Part shown: positions 40,843-53,468 of the stretch, piece by piece
How positions within the stretch are numbered: the first letter of the stretch is position 1
Layout of the letters: every line of letters starts with the position of its first letter
Source of the DNA: Acidimicrobiia bacterium
GTDB taxonomy: Bacteria > Actinomycetota > Acidimicrobiia > Spongiisociales > UBA11373
NCBI GenBank assembly: GCA_040878325.1
Contig: JBBDMM010000001.1
Span: 62,001-126,000 of the forward strand
Direction: 5' to 3'
Length of the DNA: 64,000 nt
Position numbers and translations under genes: made by a program
Notes under the pieces: generated by a model
Database searches by the model: none
What the model saw: only the letters and a program-made list of their open reading frames with translations
What the model was told of the DNA's origin: nothing

Positions 40843-41840
40843 CCCGGCCCCTCTCGTATGAGGCGGCGGGAGTCGACATCGCCGCGGCCGAAAGGTTCAT
40901 CGAAGCGATTGGCCCGCTGGTCCGATCCACCCACACCGCCGGCGTGGTGGCGCATGATTCGCGTTTCGCCGGGCTGATCCGTCCCGACATCTCGGGAATG
41001 ACGGATCCCCTGATTGCCGCCACTTGCGACGGGGTCGGCACCAAGGTCCTGCTCGCGACCGAGCCATCGCACTATGAGGGCCTGGGACGCGATCTGGTGG
41101 CGATGAACGTCAACGATCTGCTCCCCCTCGGTGCGCGGCCCTTGCTGTTCCTCGACTACCTGGCGGCGGGCAGGCTCGACCCGGCTCGCCTCGAAGCCGC
41201 GGTGCGCGGGATCGCCGCCGCCTGCCGGGAGGCCGGCTGCGCGTTGCTGGGCGGCGAGACCGCTGAGATGCCCGACGCCCTCCACAACGACACTGTGGAG
41301 ATGGCCGGATTCTCGGTGGGTGTGGTCGACGCCACCACCCTGCCCGATCCCGCCTCGGTTCGCCCGGGCGACACGGTGGTCGCCTTGCCATCGACCGGAC
41401 TGCACTCCAACGGGTTTTCCCTTGCCCGGCGCGCCCTGATCGACCGCGGTGGTTTCGGTCTCGACGACACCCTGCCCAGGCTCGATCGAACCGTCGGCGA
41501 CACCTTGCGTACCCCGACCGCCATTTACGTCGATCGGGTGCTCGGCACCGCCTTCAAGGCGGCGGCCCACATCACCGGGGGCGGCTTGCTCGGCAGGATC
41601 GCGGCGATGCTCCCCCAGGGACTCGGTGCCAACGTCGACCCCAATGCCTACGCGCGGCCTCCCGTGTTCGATCTGATCGCAGAAGCGGGAGAGATCGCGG
41701 CGGCGGAGATGGCGGCGACCTTCAACATGGGCCTGGGATTCGTTGCCATCGTCGAGCCCGGATTGGAGCCCGCCGACTGGATTCGGGTCGGAGAGGTCGT
41801 CGAAGGCGGAGTGACCGACCTCGGCTATGCCGCCCGCTAG
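40839..41840 (+). CDS. purM: AIR synthase
   Basis: YEAAGVDI, DGVGTK, DLVAMNVND, GGETAEMP, GLHSNGFSL, HITGGG, TFNMGLG. Confidence 0.96.
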   Translation: MTRPLSYEAAGVDIAAAERFIEAIGPLVRSTHTAGVVAHDSRFAGLIRPDISGMTDPLIAATCDGVGTKVLLATEPSHYEGLGRDLVAMNVNDLLPLGARPLLFLDYLAAGRLDPARLEAAVRGIAAACREAGCALLGGETAEMPDALHNDTVEMAGFSVGVVDATTLPDPASVRPGDTVVALPSTGLHSNGFSLARRALIDRGGFGLDDTLPRLDRTVGDTLRTPTAIYVDRVLGTAFKAAAHITGGGLLGRIAAMLPQGLGANVDPNAYARPPVFDLIAEAGEIAAAEMAATFNMGLGFVAIVEPGLEPADWIRVGEVVEGGVTDLGYAAR

Positions 41841-43878
41841 GCCCCGCTTCGCCATCCTCGCCTCGGGACGAGGATCGAACGCCGAGAGCCTGATGGAGGC
41901 GTTCACCAACGACCTCTCCGATGCCGAGTTGGCCCTCGTCGTCAGCGACAACCCCGACGCCCCCGTGCTCGAGCGCGCCACCCGGCGGGGCGTAGCCACG
42001 GTCGTGGTGGCCGCCTCCGACACCCGGGCGGACCACGAGGCGCGCCTCCTCGAGGCCGTCGCCGTCGTCGACCACCTGCTGCTCGCCGGGTACATGCGCG
42101 TCCTTTCCCCCTGGTTCCTCGACCGGTTCCCGGGGACGATCCTCAACATTCACCCCTCGCTCCTCCCCGACTTCCCCGGGCTCGACGCGGTCACCCGACA
42201 ATGGGAAGCGAGGGTGACGACGGCGGGGGCGACGGTCCACTTCGTCGACCGGGGGGTCGACACCGGGCCGGTGTTGCTCCAGGGATCGATCGAGGTGCGC
42301 GGGGATGAGAGTGCCGACGGCCTCGCCCAGCGGATTCTCACCGAGGTGGAACATCGGATCTACCCCGAGGCTGTCCGAATGCTGCTCGACCGTCTGCAGC
42401 CCAGGGTCGCCCGGGCCTTGTTCAGCGTCTCGAACAAGGCTGGGATCGCCGACTTCGCTCGCCGGCTCGCCAAGGCAGGAGTCGCCCTGATCGCTTCGGG
42501 CGGTACCGCCCGCGATCTCGAAGAGGCCGGGGTCACCGTGCGCGCCGTCGAGGAGGTGACCGGGGCAGCAGAGGTGCTCGGCGGGCGAGTGAAGACCCTC
42601 CATCCCGCCATCCACGCAGGCATCCTCGCCGATCGTCGCGTCCGTGCCCATCTGGCCGAGATCGAGGAACGCGGTTACCAACCGATCGATCTGGTGGTCT
42701 GCAACCTGTATCCGTTCGAACAGACCCTCGCCGCCAGAGTAGACCGCGACACGATCATCGAGACAATCGATATCGGCGGCCCCACCCTGGTGCGCGCTGC
42801 CGCCAAGAATGCCGACGGCGGGGTCACGGTGGTGGTGGATCCGGCCGACTATGACGAGGTGGCGGAGGAGATCGGCACCCATGGGTCGGTGCCCCGGGCG
42901 CTTCGCCGCCGACTCGCGGCCAAGGCGTTCCGGTTGATCGCCGATTACGACACCGCCATCGCTGTCTGGGCTGCGGACCGGCCGCTTCGTTACGGGGAGA
43001 ACCCCCACCAGGAGGCCCGCCTGGTGCCCGACGGCACCGGTCGGGGAGTCGCCGCCGGCAGGCTGCTCCACGGCAAGGACCTCTCGTACAACAACCTGCT
43101 CGACCTCGACGCCGCCTACCGGGCGGTGGCCGGCCCCGGCCCCCATCGATGCTCGGTGGTGAAACACTCCAATCCCTGCGGTCTCGCCGAGGCCGAGACC
43201 CAGGCCGAGGCCTTCCGCCGGGCGTTGTCGGGTGATCCCGAGGCGGCATTCGGCGGGATTCTCGGCTTCAACCTGGCTCTCGACGAAACAACTGCCCGGG
43301 AGATCATCGAGTCGGCATTGTTCGTCGAGTGCATCGCCGCGCCCGGCTTCGACCCGGGTGCGCTCGACCTGCTCTCCCAACGCAAGAACCTGCGGCTGCT
43401 GGCGGTGCCGCCCGGCGATCCGAACCCCGCCCGGGTGGTCCACTCGATCGGAGGGGGCACTCTGGTTCAAACGTCCGATCCGGGACCCGCGGACCGGACG
43501 TCGTGGACCGTGCCGACCCGGCTCCAGCCGGACGACTGGGGCGAGGCGGAGTTTGCCCTTCGCGCCGCGGCCATCCTCAAGTCGAACGCGATAGCCGTGA
43601 CCCACGACCGCACCCTGGTCGGCACCGGGGCCGGGCTGATGAGCCGGATCGACGCCTGCCGCCTTGCACTGGAGAAGGCCGGAGATCGCGCCCGGGGGGG
43701 CGTGCTCGCCTCCGACGGGTTCTTCCCCTTCGACGACTGCGTCCACCTCGCCGCCGCCGCCGGCGTCACCCTGATCGTCCAGCCGGGGGGATCCCGCCGC
43801 GACAAGGAGGTGATCGCCGCATGCGACGAACTCGGCCTGGCAATGGTGTTCACCGGACGAAGGCACTTTCGGCATTGA
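41827..43878 (+). CDS. purNH: Fused GAR transformylase (PurN) and AICAR transformylase/IMP cyclohydrolase (PurH)
   Basis: The N-terminal ASGRGSN, LAGYMR, NIHPSLLP, GATVHFV and EVEHRIYP run without a stop into RALFSVSNK, GRVKTLHP, IDIGGP, RYGENPHQ, KHSNPCG, SDGFFPF and GRRHFRH. Confidence 0.93.
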   Translation: MPPARPRFAILASGRGSNAESLMEAFTNDLSDAELALVVSDNPDAPVLERATRRGVATVVVAASDTRADHEARLLEAVAVVDHLLLAGYMRVLSPWFLDRFPGTILNIHPSLLPDFPGLDAVTRQWEARVTTAGATVHFVDRGVDTGPVLLQGSIEVRGDESADGLAQRILTEVEHRIYPEAVRMLLDRLQPRVARALFSVSNKAGIADFARRLAKAGVALIASGGTARDLEEAGVTVRAVEEVTGAAEVLGGRVKTLHPAIHAGILADRRVRAHLAEIEERGYQPIDLVVCNLYPFEQTLAARVDRDTIIETIDIGGPTLVRAAAKNADGGVTVVVDPADYDEVAEEIGTHGSVPRALRRRLAAKAFRLIADYDTAIAVWAADRPLRYGENPHQEARLVPDGTGRGVAAGRLLHGKDLSYNNLLDLDAAYRAVAGPGPHRCSVVKHSNPCGLAEAETQAEAFRRALSGDPEAAFGGILGFNLALDETTAREIIESALFVECIAAPGFDPGALDLLSQRKNLRLLAVPPGDPNPARVVHSIGGGTLVQTSDPGPADRTSWTVPTRLQPDDWGEAEFALRAAAILKSNAIAVTHDRTLVGTGAGLMSRIDACRLALEKAGDRARGGVLASDGFFPFDDCVHLAAAAGVTLIVQPGGSRRDKEVIAACDELGLAMVFTGRRHFRH

Positions 43879-43882
43879 AGAA

Positions 43883-43916
43883 GCCGCCAGCCTCCAGCCT
43901 CCAGCCTCCAGCAAGA
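43883..43916 (+). repeat. GCCGCCA (GCCTCCA)x3 + GCAAGA after the purNH stop
   Basis: Direct reading. Confidence 0.9.
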
Positions 43917-43951
43917 GGGCGGGCGGCCTCCGGCCGCCTTGGGCCCTCCGC

Positions 43952-45205
43952 ATGAAAGTCCTCATCGTTGGTTCAGGGGGTCGGGAGCACGCTATCTGTC
44001 GGGCGTTGGCGACCGCTCCAGGGATCGAGATCCTGATCGCTCCGGGAAATCCGGGGACTGCTCAGCACGGACGGAACATCGATGTTCCCGCCGATGACAT
44101 TGGCGGGCTTGTCGAAGCGGCTCGGGGTGTGGACCTGGTCATCCCCGGGCCGGAGGGGCCGCTCGTCGCCGGGTTGGCGGATGCGCTCGCCACCGCCGGA
44201 ATCCCGAGCTGTGGGCCGACGGCGGCGGCGGCCCGACTCGAGGGATCCAAGGCGTTCACCCGACTTCTGACCGCAGCCGCCGGGGTGCCCTCCCCCACCC
44301 ATCGGATCGTCACCTTGCCTGCAGCCGTCGACGACGCCCTCCGGGCTTTCGAGGCTCCGCCCGTGATCAAGGCCGATGGCCTTGCCGCCGGCAAGGGAGT
44401 GTTCCTCCCCGACACCTTCGACGAGTGCGCCGCGATCACCCGCGATCTCCTCGCCGGGCTACTCGGGCCGGCCGGATCGACGGTGGTAATGGAACAGCGG
44501 CTCGGAGGCTTCGAGGCATCTTGGTTTCATGCGTGCCGCGGCACCGAGGCGATTGCCCTCCCCAACGCCATGGATCACAAGCGGCTGCTGGACGGTGACC
44601 TCGGACCCAACACCGGCGGGATGGGAGCGGTGAGCCCCAACCCCAACGTCGGCCAGGACCTGGAGAACGCGGTGCGAAGCGACTTCGTCGTGCCGACGCT
44701 GCGGTCGCTGGCCGAGGGCGGCACGCCCTTCAACGGGTTCCTCTTCAGCGGGCTGATCCTCGATGGCGACCGTCCATACCTCCTCGAGTACAACGTCCGA
44801 CTCGGAGATCCTGAAGCCCAGGCGATCCTCCCCCGGCTCCCCGACGGGGTCTTTGCCGAGGTGTGCGCCTGGGTGGCAGGGCTTCGGGACAATCCGCCCC
44901 GGTTCGAATTCGATCGACGCGATACCTGCGCGGTCGTGTTGGCAGCAGCCGGTTACCCCGACCGGCCGCGACGGGGTGATCCGATCACTTTCTCGCCCGG
45001 TTTGGAGACGGCGGACCGCTGGTTCATCCATGCCGGAACCGGCGTCGACGACGGGCGACTGCTGACCCACGGGGGCCGGGTGGGTGCTGTCGTCGCCCGC
45101 GGCGACACGAACGTTGCTGCGCGCGACTCGGCCTATGACGGAGTCGGCCACGTACAGTGGGAGGGCATGATCCACCGCACCGACATCGGAAGCCACGATG
45201 GCTGA
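43952..45205 (+). CDS. purD: Phosphoribosylamine--glycine ligase
   Basis: GSGGREHA, APGNPG, LEGSK, KADGLAAGKGV, DHKR, GPNTGGMG, EYNVRLGDPE. Confidence 0.97.
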   Translation: MKVLIVGSGGREHAICRALATAPGIEILIAPGNPGTAQHGRNIDVPADDIGGLVEAARGVDLVIPGPEGPLVAGLADALATAGIPSCGPTAAAARLEGSKAFTRLLTAAAGVPSPTHRIVTLPAAVDDALRAFEAPPVIKADGLAAGKGVFLPDTFDECAAITRDLLAGLLGPAGSTVVMEQRLGGFEASWFHACRGTEAIALPNAMDHKRLLDGDLGPNTGGMGAVSPNPNVGQDLENAVRSDFVVPTLRSLAEGGTPFNGFLFSGLILDGDRPYLLEYNVRLGDPEAQAILPRLPDGVFAEVCAWVAGLRDNPPRFEFDRRDTCAVVLAAAGYPDRPRRGDPITFSPGLETADRWFIHAGTGVDDGRLLTHGGRVGAVVARGDTNVAARDSAYDGVGHVQWEGMIHRTDIGSHDG

Positions 45206-45692
45206 TCCCGTCCTCGTGGCCGTCATCGTCGGCTCGGCCTCGGACGGCGATCAGATCGCCGGGTGCCGCGAAGCGCTTGGTCGGCTCGGCATCGGCCACG
45301 AGGCCCGAGTGATTTCGGCCCATCGAACCCCCACCGAACTGGCCGAGTACCTCGACGGACTCGAAGGCCGCGGCATTCAGATCGTCATCGCCGCCGCGGG
45401 GATGGCCGCCCATCTCGCCGGAGTGGTGGCCTCCCACACCAGCCTCCCGGTCCTCGGGGTGCCGATGGCGTCGGGAACGCTGCAGGGCATCGACGCGTTG
45501 CTGTCGACCGTGCAGATGCCACCAGGGGTACCGGTGGCGACGCTGGGGATCGGATCCCCGGGGGGCAAGAACGCCGCCTACCTCGCAGCCCGAATCCTGG
45601 CGCTGAGTCATCCGGAACTGAAGGCGAGATTGGCGCAGGTGCTGGAGGAAGATCGGGAGAAGGTGCGCGCGGCAAAGCTGCCGGACGCGTAG
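45198..45692 (+). CDS. purE: N5-CAIR mutase / AIR carboxylase catalytic subunit
   Basis: [41 protein letters not shown]. Confidence 0.96.
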   Translation: MADPVLVAVIVGSASDGDQIAGCREALGRLGIGHEARVISAHRTPTELAEYLDGLEGRGIQIVIAAAGMAAHLAGVVASHTSLPVLGVPMASGTLQGIDALLSTVQMPPGVPVATLGIGSPGGKNAAYLAARILALSHPELKARLAQVLEEDREKVRAAKLPDA

Positions 45693-45693
45693 T

Positions 45694-45735
45694 GCCTGGC
45701 GGCCTGCCGCCACCCGCCTCCCACCACCCGCAAGA
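45694..45735 (+). repeat. Degenerate heptamer array + GCAAGA after the purE stop
   Basis: GCCTGGC g GCCTGCC GCCACCC GCCTCCC ACCACCC GCAAGA. Confidence 0.75.
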
Positions 45736-45827
45736 GGGGGGCCTTGGCCCAGCCTGCGGCTGGCCACGCGTGAAGCGAGGCGTTTTGTGAGTCGCCGATC
45801 GCTGATCGCTTTCCGTACAGTCCCCAC

Positions 45828-46181
45828 ATGATCAGAGTTGGCTCGATCGTGATTCGGGTGGATGACCTGGAGCGGCAGAAGGCGTTTTGGACTGCGGCGT
45901 TGGACTACGTGCCGCGCGAGGGTGATGACGACACGTTCGCTCTCCTGCGGCCGCGGGATGGCAAAGGGCCGAACCTTTCACTCGACCGGGTGAGCTCGGA
46001 GGTACAAGTGCCGCCACGAATCCATCTCGACCTGTATGCCGAAGACCAGGGGGCCGAGGTCGAGCGACTCATCGCACTGGGGGCCACCGAGGTGCATTGG
46101 GACAAGCGGCCGGCGGACGCCGACTACGTGATCCTCGCCGACCCCGAAGGCAACCGCTTTTGTGTGTTCGACGCGGGTTGA
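45828..46181 (+). CDS. VOC/glyoxalase family protein
   Basis: FWTAALDY, RIHLDL, VERLIALGA, LADPEGNRFCV; leaderless TACAGT-N6-ATG. Confidence 0.9.
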   Translation: MIRVGSIVIRVDDLERQKAFWTAALDYVPREGDDDTFALLRPRDGKGPNLSLDRVSSEVQVPPRIHLDLYAEDQGAEVERLIALGATEVHWDKRPADADYVILADPEGNRFCVFDAG

Positions 46182-46273
46182 GGATCGCCGAGTCGCGTGG
46201 CGCGCCACCAGGCTCGCCATGACTACCTAGCGGACTCGCCAAACGCCAAACGCGAGCCGACCGGAGCGGAGCC

Positions 46274-49478
<3,205 letters not shown>

Positions 49479-49495
<17 letters not shown>

Positions 49496-50648
49496 GACCC
49501 GCCCCCATCAGTTCCATGAAGCGGTCGAACAGGCCGCGCGCATCGTGCGGTCCGGGTGCCGCCTCGGGGTGATACTGGACCGAGAAGGCGGGAACTTCAC
49601 GGCACCGCAATCCCTCCAGCGTTCCGTCGTTGAGGTTCTGATGGGTCGCCACCACCTCACCGAAACGGCTCGTCACCGAGCCGGGGAGGCGATCCGGGCC
49701 TGGAAGGCCATCCGATGATCGCGGTGGAGCATCGACAGAGAGCGACCAGAGGTCGACGGCGAAGCCGTGATTCTGCGATGTGATCTCGATGCCGCCGTCG
49801 ACCAGGCGCCGCACCGGGTGGTTGGCCCCGTGGTGGCCGAACGGAAGCTTGTAAGTCGTAGCCCCGAGGGCGAGCCCCATGATCTGGTGCCCGAGGCAGA
49901 TCCCGAACATCGGCACCTTGGCCAAGAGAGCAGCGACCGTGGCGATCGGACCCACGAGCGGCTCCGGATCGCCGGGCCCGTTGGACAGGAAGACGCCGTC
50001 GGGCCCGATGGCCATGATGTCCTCTGGTGTCGCTCCCGCCGGTACCACATGGACGCCGCAGCCTCGGAGTGCCAACTGGTCGACGATGGCCCGTTTGATG
50101 CCGAAGTCGAAGGCGGCGACGGTCGCCCGCCGCTCACCCACCGGCGGGACGAAGTAGGCCTTCCTGGTCGTGACCGCGGAGACGAGGTCGCGGCCCGCCA
50201 TGTCGGGCGATGACCGAGCGAGCTCTTTCAACTCTGCGGCATCGACGTCGGAGCCCATGGCCGCCGGCATGGCCCCTCGCTCGCGGACGTGCCGGGTCAA
50301 CCTCCGCGTGTCGATCTCGGCGAGCGCGACCACCCCGGCGTCCGTGAGGTACTCGTCCAGTCGCCCGGTGGCGCGGGAACCGCTGGCGAGCCGTGACATC
50401 GAGCGCATCACGAGACCGGCGCAGTGCGGCCCACGTCCCTGGTCGTCGGCGGGGGTCACCCCGTAGTTGCCGATGTGAGGCGCGGTCATGACGACGATCT
50501 GCCCGGTGTAGGAAGGGTCGGTCACCACCTCCTGGTATCCGGCCATGGCGGTGTTGAAGACCGCCTCACCGACGGTCACTCCCTCGGCGCCGACCGCCAC
50601 TCCCCGGAACTCGGCGCCGTCTGCGGTTACGAGTAGGGCGCGCCTCAT
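49479..50648 (-). CDS. carA: Carbamoyl-phosphate synthase small subunit
   Basis: [41 protein letters not shown]. Confidence 0.97.
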
Positions 50649-50878
50649 CGCTTGCCGTCCGCTGATTGGGAAAAGGCCCGGACCGCCGCTCCGGCGAGCG
50701 GCTCGTCACCATCGATGTGGATGGCGCCGCCGATCGGTCACTCCCCCGTCGTCGTGGCCTCTATCCGGGGGCACGGTAGCAACACGCGCGTCGCGGAGAG
50801 GAGCACCCGCTACTCGTCGATCATGCTCGTCATTGGCGAAGGTCAGCGCCGGGCGTCGCGGCGGATACCCTGAGGCGA

Positions 50879-52276
50879 GTGATGGAGAGATACGACCTGG
50901 TGGTCATCGGATCGGGCCCGGCCGGCGAGAAGGCCGCGGCCCAAGCGGCCTACTTCGGGAAATCGGTGGCTCTGGTGGAGCGCGCCGCGCGCCTCGGCGG
51001 GGCCCCGGTGAACAGCGGCGGCATTCCCGCCAAGACCCTGCGCGAGACCGCCCTCTACCTGACCGGTCACACCCGTCGCCACTTGTACGGCGTCGGAATG
51101 GAGTTGAGCAGTGACATCATGCTCGACCGGCTTCGCAAGCGTTCGGCCGAGGAGTCGGAACGCGCCGGCGAAACCGTGCGCGTCAACCTGGAACGCCACG
51201 GGGTGGTGGTGGTGCACGGAGCCGGGCTTCTTGGACCCGATCACGCCGTGTCGGTCGCACTGGCCGGCGGCGGCAATGAGGCGCTACATGGCAAGGTGAT
51301 CCTGATCGCCACGGGATCACATCCGCTCCGCCCGCCGAGTATTCCCTTCGACGACCCCGACGTAGAGGACTCAGACTCGATCCTTGCCCTCGACCGCATC
51401 CCCGACAGCATGGTGGTCATCGGAGGCGGACCGGTGGGATGCGAGTACGCGTCGATCTTCGGTGCGTTAGGGGTCGAAGTCACGCTCGTCGACATGGCCG
51501 CGCGGCTCATGCCCTTCCTCGACTTCGACGCGTCGGAGCAGCTCGCCGTCTGCTTGAAGGATCTCGGCATCGAGGTGTTGGTCGGGTCTCCGCCCGCCAC
51601 GGTCGATCGCGTCGATGGCAAGCTCACCGTCACCATCGGTGACAGGGTGATGAGGCCCGGCAAGGTGTTGTTCGTCGCCGGGCGCAAGGGCAATACCGAC
51701 GGTCTGGGGCTCGAGGACGCCGGGGTGAACCTCGACGACCGCGGGCGGATCATCGTGGACGCCGAGTACCAGACGACGGCGCCCGGGATCTACGCGGCCG
51801 GCGACGTGATCGGCCCGCCTGCCCTCGCCTCCGTCTCGGCTGAGCAGGGGCGGGTAGCGGCCTGTCACGCCTTCGACATTCCGTTCAAGGAGGGGGTCGA
51901 CGAGTTGGCCCCGTCCGGGATCTACTCGATCCCCGAAGTGGGAGTAGTGGGGATGACGTCCGAACAGGCGGCCGCCGCCGGAATCGATTTCGAGGTCGGC
52001 CGCTACGACTTCTCCGAGAACTCGCGAAGCCGGATCGCTGGCACCACCTACGGGATGATCAAGCTGGTGTTCCGCCGCGAGGACCGCCGGCTCCTCGGCG
52101 TCCACATCGTCGGTGAAGAGGCGGCCGAATTGGTGCACATCGGGCAGGCGGTGATCCACGCCGGGAAGACGATCGACCAGTTCATCGACTCGACCTTCAA
52201 CATCCCCACCCGGAGCGAGGCCTACAAGTACGCCGCTTACGACGGGCTGCAGCGGCTCCAGGGGCGGGACGCCTGA
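50879..52276 (+). CDS. sthA: Soluble pyridine nucleotide transhydrogenase-like flavoprotein
   Basis: YDLVVIGSGPAGEKAA, IPAKTLRE, GCEYASIF, GDVIG.PALAS, GIYSIPE, EAYKYAAYDGL; leaderless TACCCT-N7-GTG. Confidence 0.88.
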   Translation: MMERYDLVVIGSGPAGEKAAAQAAYFGKSVALVERAARLGGAPVNSGGIPAKTLRETALYLTGHTRRHLYGVGMELSSDIMLDRLRKRSAEESERAGETVRVNLERHGVVVVHGAGLLGPDHAVSVALAGGGNEALHGKVILIATGSHPLRPPSIPFDDPDVEDSDSILALDRIPDSMVVIGGGPVGCEYASIFGALGVEVTLVDMAARLMPFLDFDASEQLAVCLKDLGIEVLVGSPPATVDRVDGKLTVTIGDRVMRPGKVLFVAGRKGNTDGLGLEDAGVNLDDRGRIIVDAEYQTTAPGIYAAGDVIGPPALASVSAEQGRVAACHAFDIPFKEGVDELAPSGIYSIPEVGVVGMTSEQAAAAGIDFEVGRYDFSENSRSRIAGTTYGMIKLVFRREDRRLLGVHIVGEEAAELVHIGQAVIHAGKTIDQFIDSTFNIPTRSEAYKYAAYDGLQRLQGRDA

Positions 52277-52304
52277 GTCATTCTTGCTGGTCGTGTCGGC
52301 CAGT

Positions 52305-52533
52305 TCAGTGCGGGGGAGGGTCGGCGTGGTCGAAGACGGCCGTGAAGGAGATCGGCTCGCCTCCGCGGATGTCGGCGAGTTCGGTGCAGATGACATGGCC
52401 GGTGAGCAGCGATGTCGAGTCCCGGCGATGGGAGGAAGTACCGGCCGGCAATGAACGCCGCACTGAACACCAGGGCAAACCCGATGAGGGCAACGAGAAG
52501 GTCCGTGGCGAGCGCGCTGCGCCGGACCGGCAT
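52305..52533 (-). pseudogene. Small single-TM protein with an apparent frameshift near 52420
   Basis: ATG overlaps the permease stop. MPVRRSALATDLLVALIGFALVFSAAFIAGRYFLPSP continues with coding-like codons only in another frame (DSTSLLTGHVICTELADIRGGEPISFTAVFDHADPPPH*). Confidence 0.5.
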
Positions 52534-53468
52534 CAGATCCTCCGCGAGCCCCGCCGCGGGTCGGTCACCTCGCGCAGCCCGGAGCTGATCATGTAGAAGG
52601 ATGAGGCCAGCAACGAGATCGAAAGAGCCCCTGCCATCAGGGCGCTCCAGGGAACCGACGTCCCCAGCGCGGTCCGGTAGGTCAGCGCGTTGTAGACGAG
52701 GTTCCCGAGCCCGAACCGGTACTCGGCGATGCCGAGAAACTCGACGAACCCCTGGGTGACCAAGGCCCCAACCACTCCCGCCAAGACCACCACGGCCACG
52801 TGGGGGATCACGTGCGGCACCACATGGTGGGTGATGATCCAACTGGGGCTGCCACCCACCGAACGAGCCGCATCGATGAACGGCTTCTCCATCACGGACA
52901 GCGCACGGGACCTGACCACGATCGCCGCCGGGCCGAATCCGAAGAATAGGCCATAGAGCAGTCCCAGCGCGAGAGGCCCCAGCAAGCCTCGTTTGCTGGC
53001 GATGAGGAAGATCAGCGGCGGAGGCAGCAGGACGAACGCGTCGGCGACCTGAGTCATGACCCGGTCGTATTTCCCGCGGAAATACGCCGAAGACGTCCCG
53101 ACCACCAGGCCGATCACTCCGGCGCTGATGGCCGTCGCCACCGCGACCAGGAAAGTGGGACGGAGGCCGAAGGTCATCAGGCTGAGCACGTCGCGGCCCA
53201 GCGAATCCGTGCCCAGGAGATGATCGAGCGTGGGGCCGGACGGATGGCTGATAGCCGGGTCGTGCCCGGTCTCCGGTCGATAGACCCCTTGTTTCGAAGA
53301 CCAGATGGTGGCCTGGAGGACCGGATGAATGAAGGTGAGCACGGCGAAGACGGCGAGGATCGACACCCCGGCGACGACCATCTTGCTCTGCCGAATCTTC
53401 CTCCTGGTGTCGGCCCATCCTTCGATCTCGTGGTCGTATTCGATCTCGACCACAGGGTCGTGGGTCAT
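52533..53468 (-). CDS. ABC transporter permease, OppC/DppC type
   Basis: HLLGTDSLGRDV, FIDAARSVGGS (EAA loop), HVVPH. Confidence 0.92.
   Translation of the reverse strand: MTHDPVVEIEYDHEIEGWADTRRKIRQSKMVVAGVSILAVFAVLTFIHPVLQATIWSSKQGVYRPETGHDPAISHPSGPTLDHLLGTDSLGRDVLSLMTFGLRPTFLVAVATAISAGVIGLVVGTSSAYFRGKYDRVMTQVADAFVLLPPPLIFLIASKRGLLGPLALGLLYGLFFGFGPAAIVVRSRALSVMEKPFIDAARSVGGSPSWIITHHVVPHVIPHVAVVVLAGVVGALVTQGFVEFLGIAEYRFGLGNLVYNALTYRTALGTSVPWSALMAGALSISLLASSFYMISSGLREVTDPRRGSRRI

Noticed and set aside
41722..43965. Long antisense ORFs (e.g. 747 aa opposite purNH, 544 aa opposite thrS, 575 aa opposite carB)
   Set aside because: Typical high-GC shadow ORFs with no recognisable motifs
50649..50878. 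PyrR attenuator upstream of carA
   Set aside because: No convincing TCCNGNGAGGY loop or terminator/antiterminator pair
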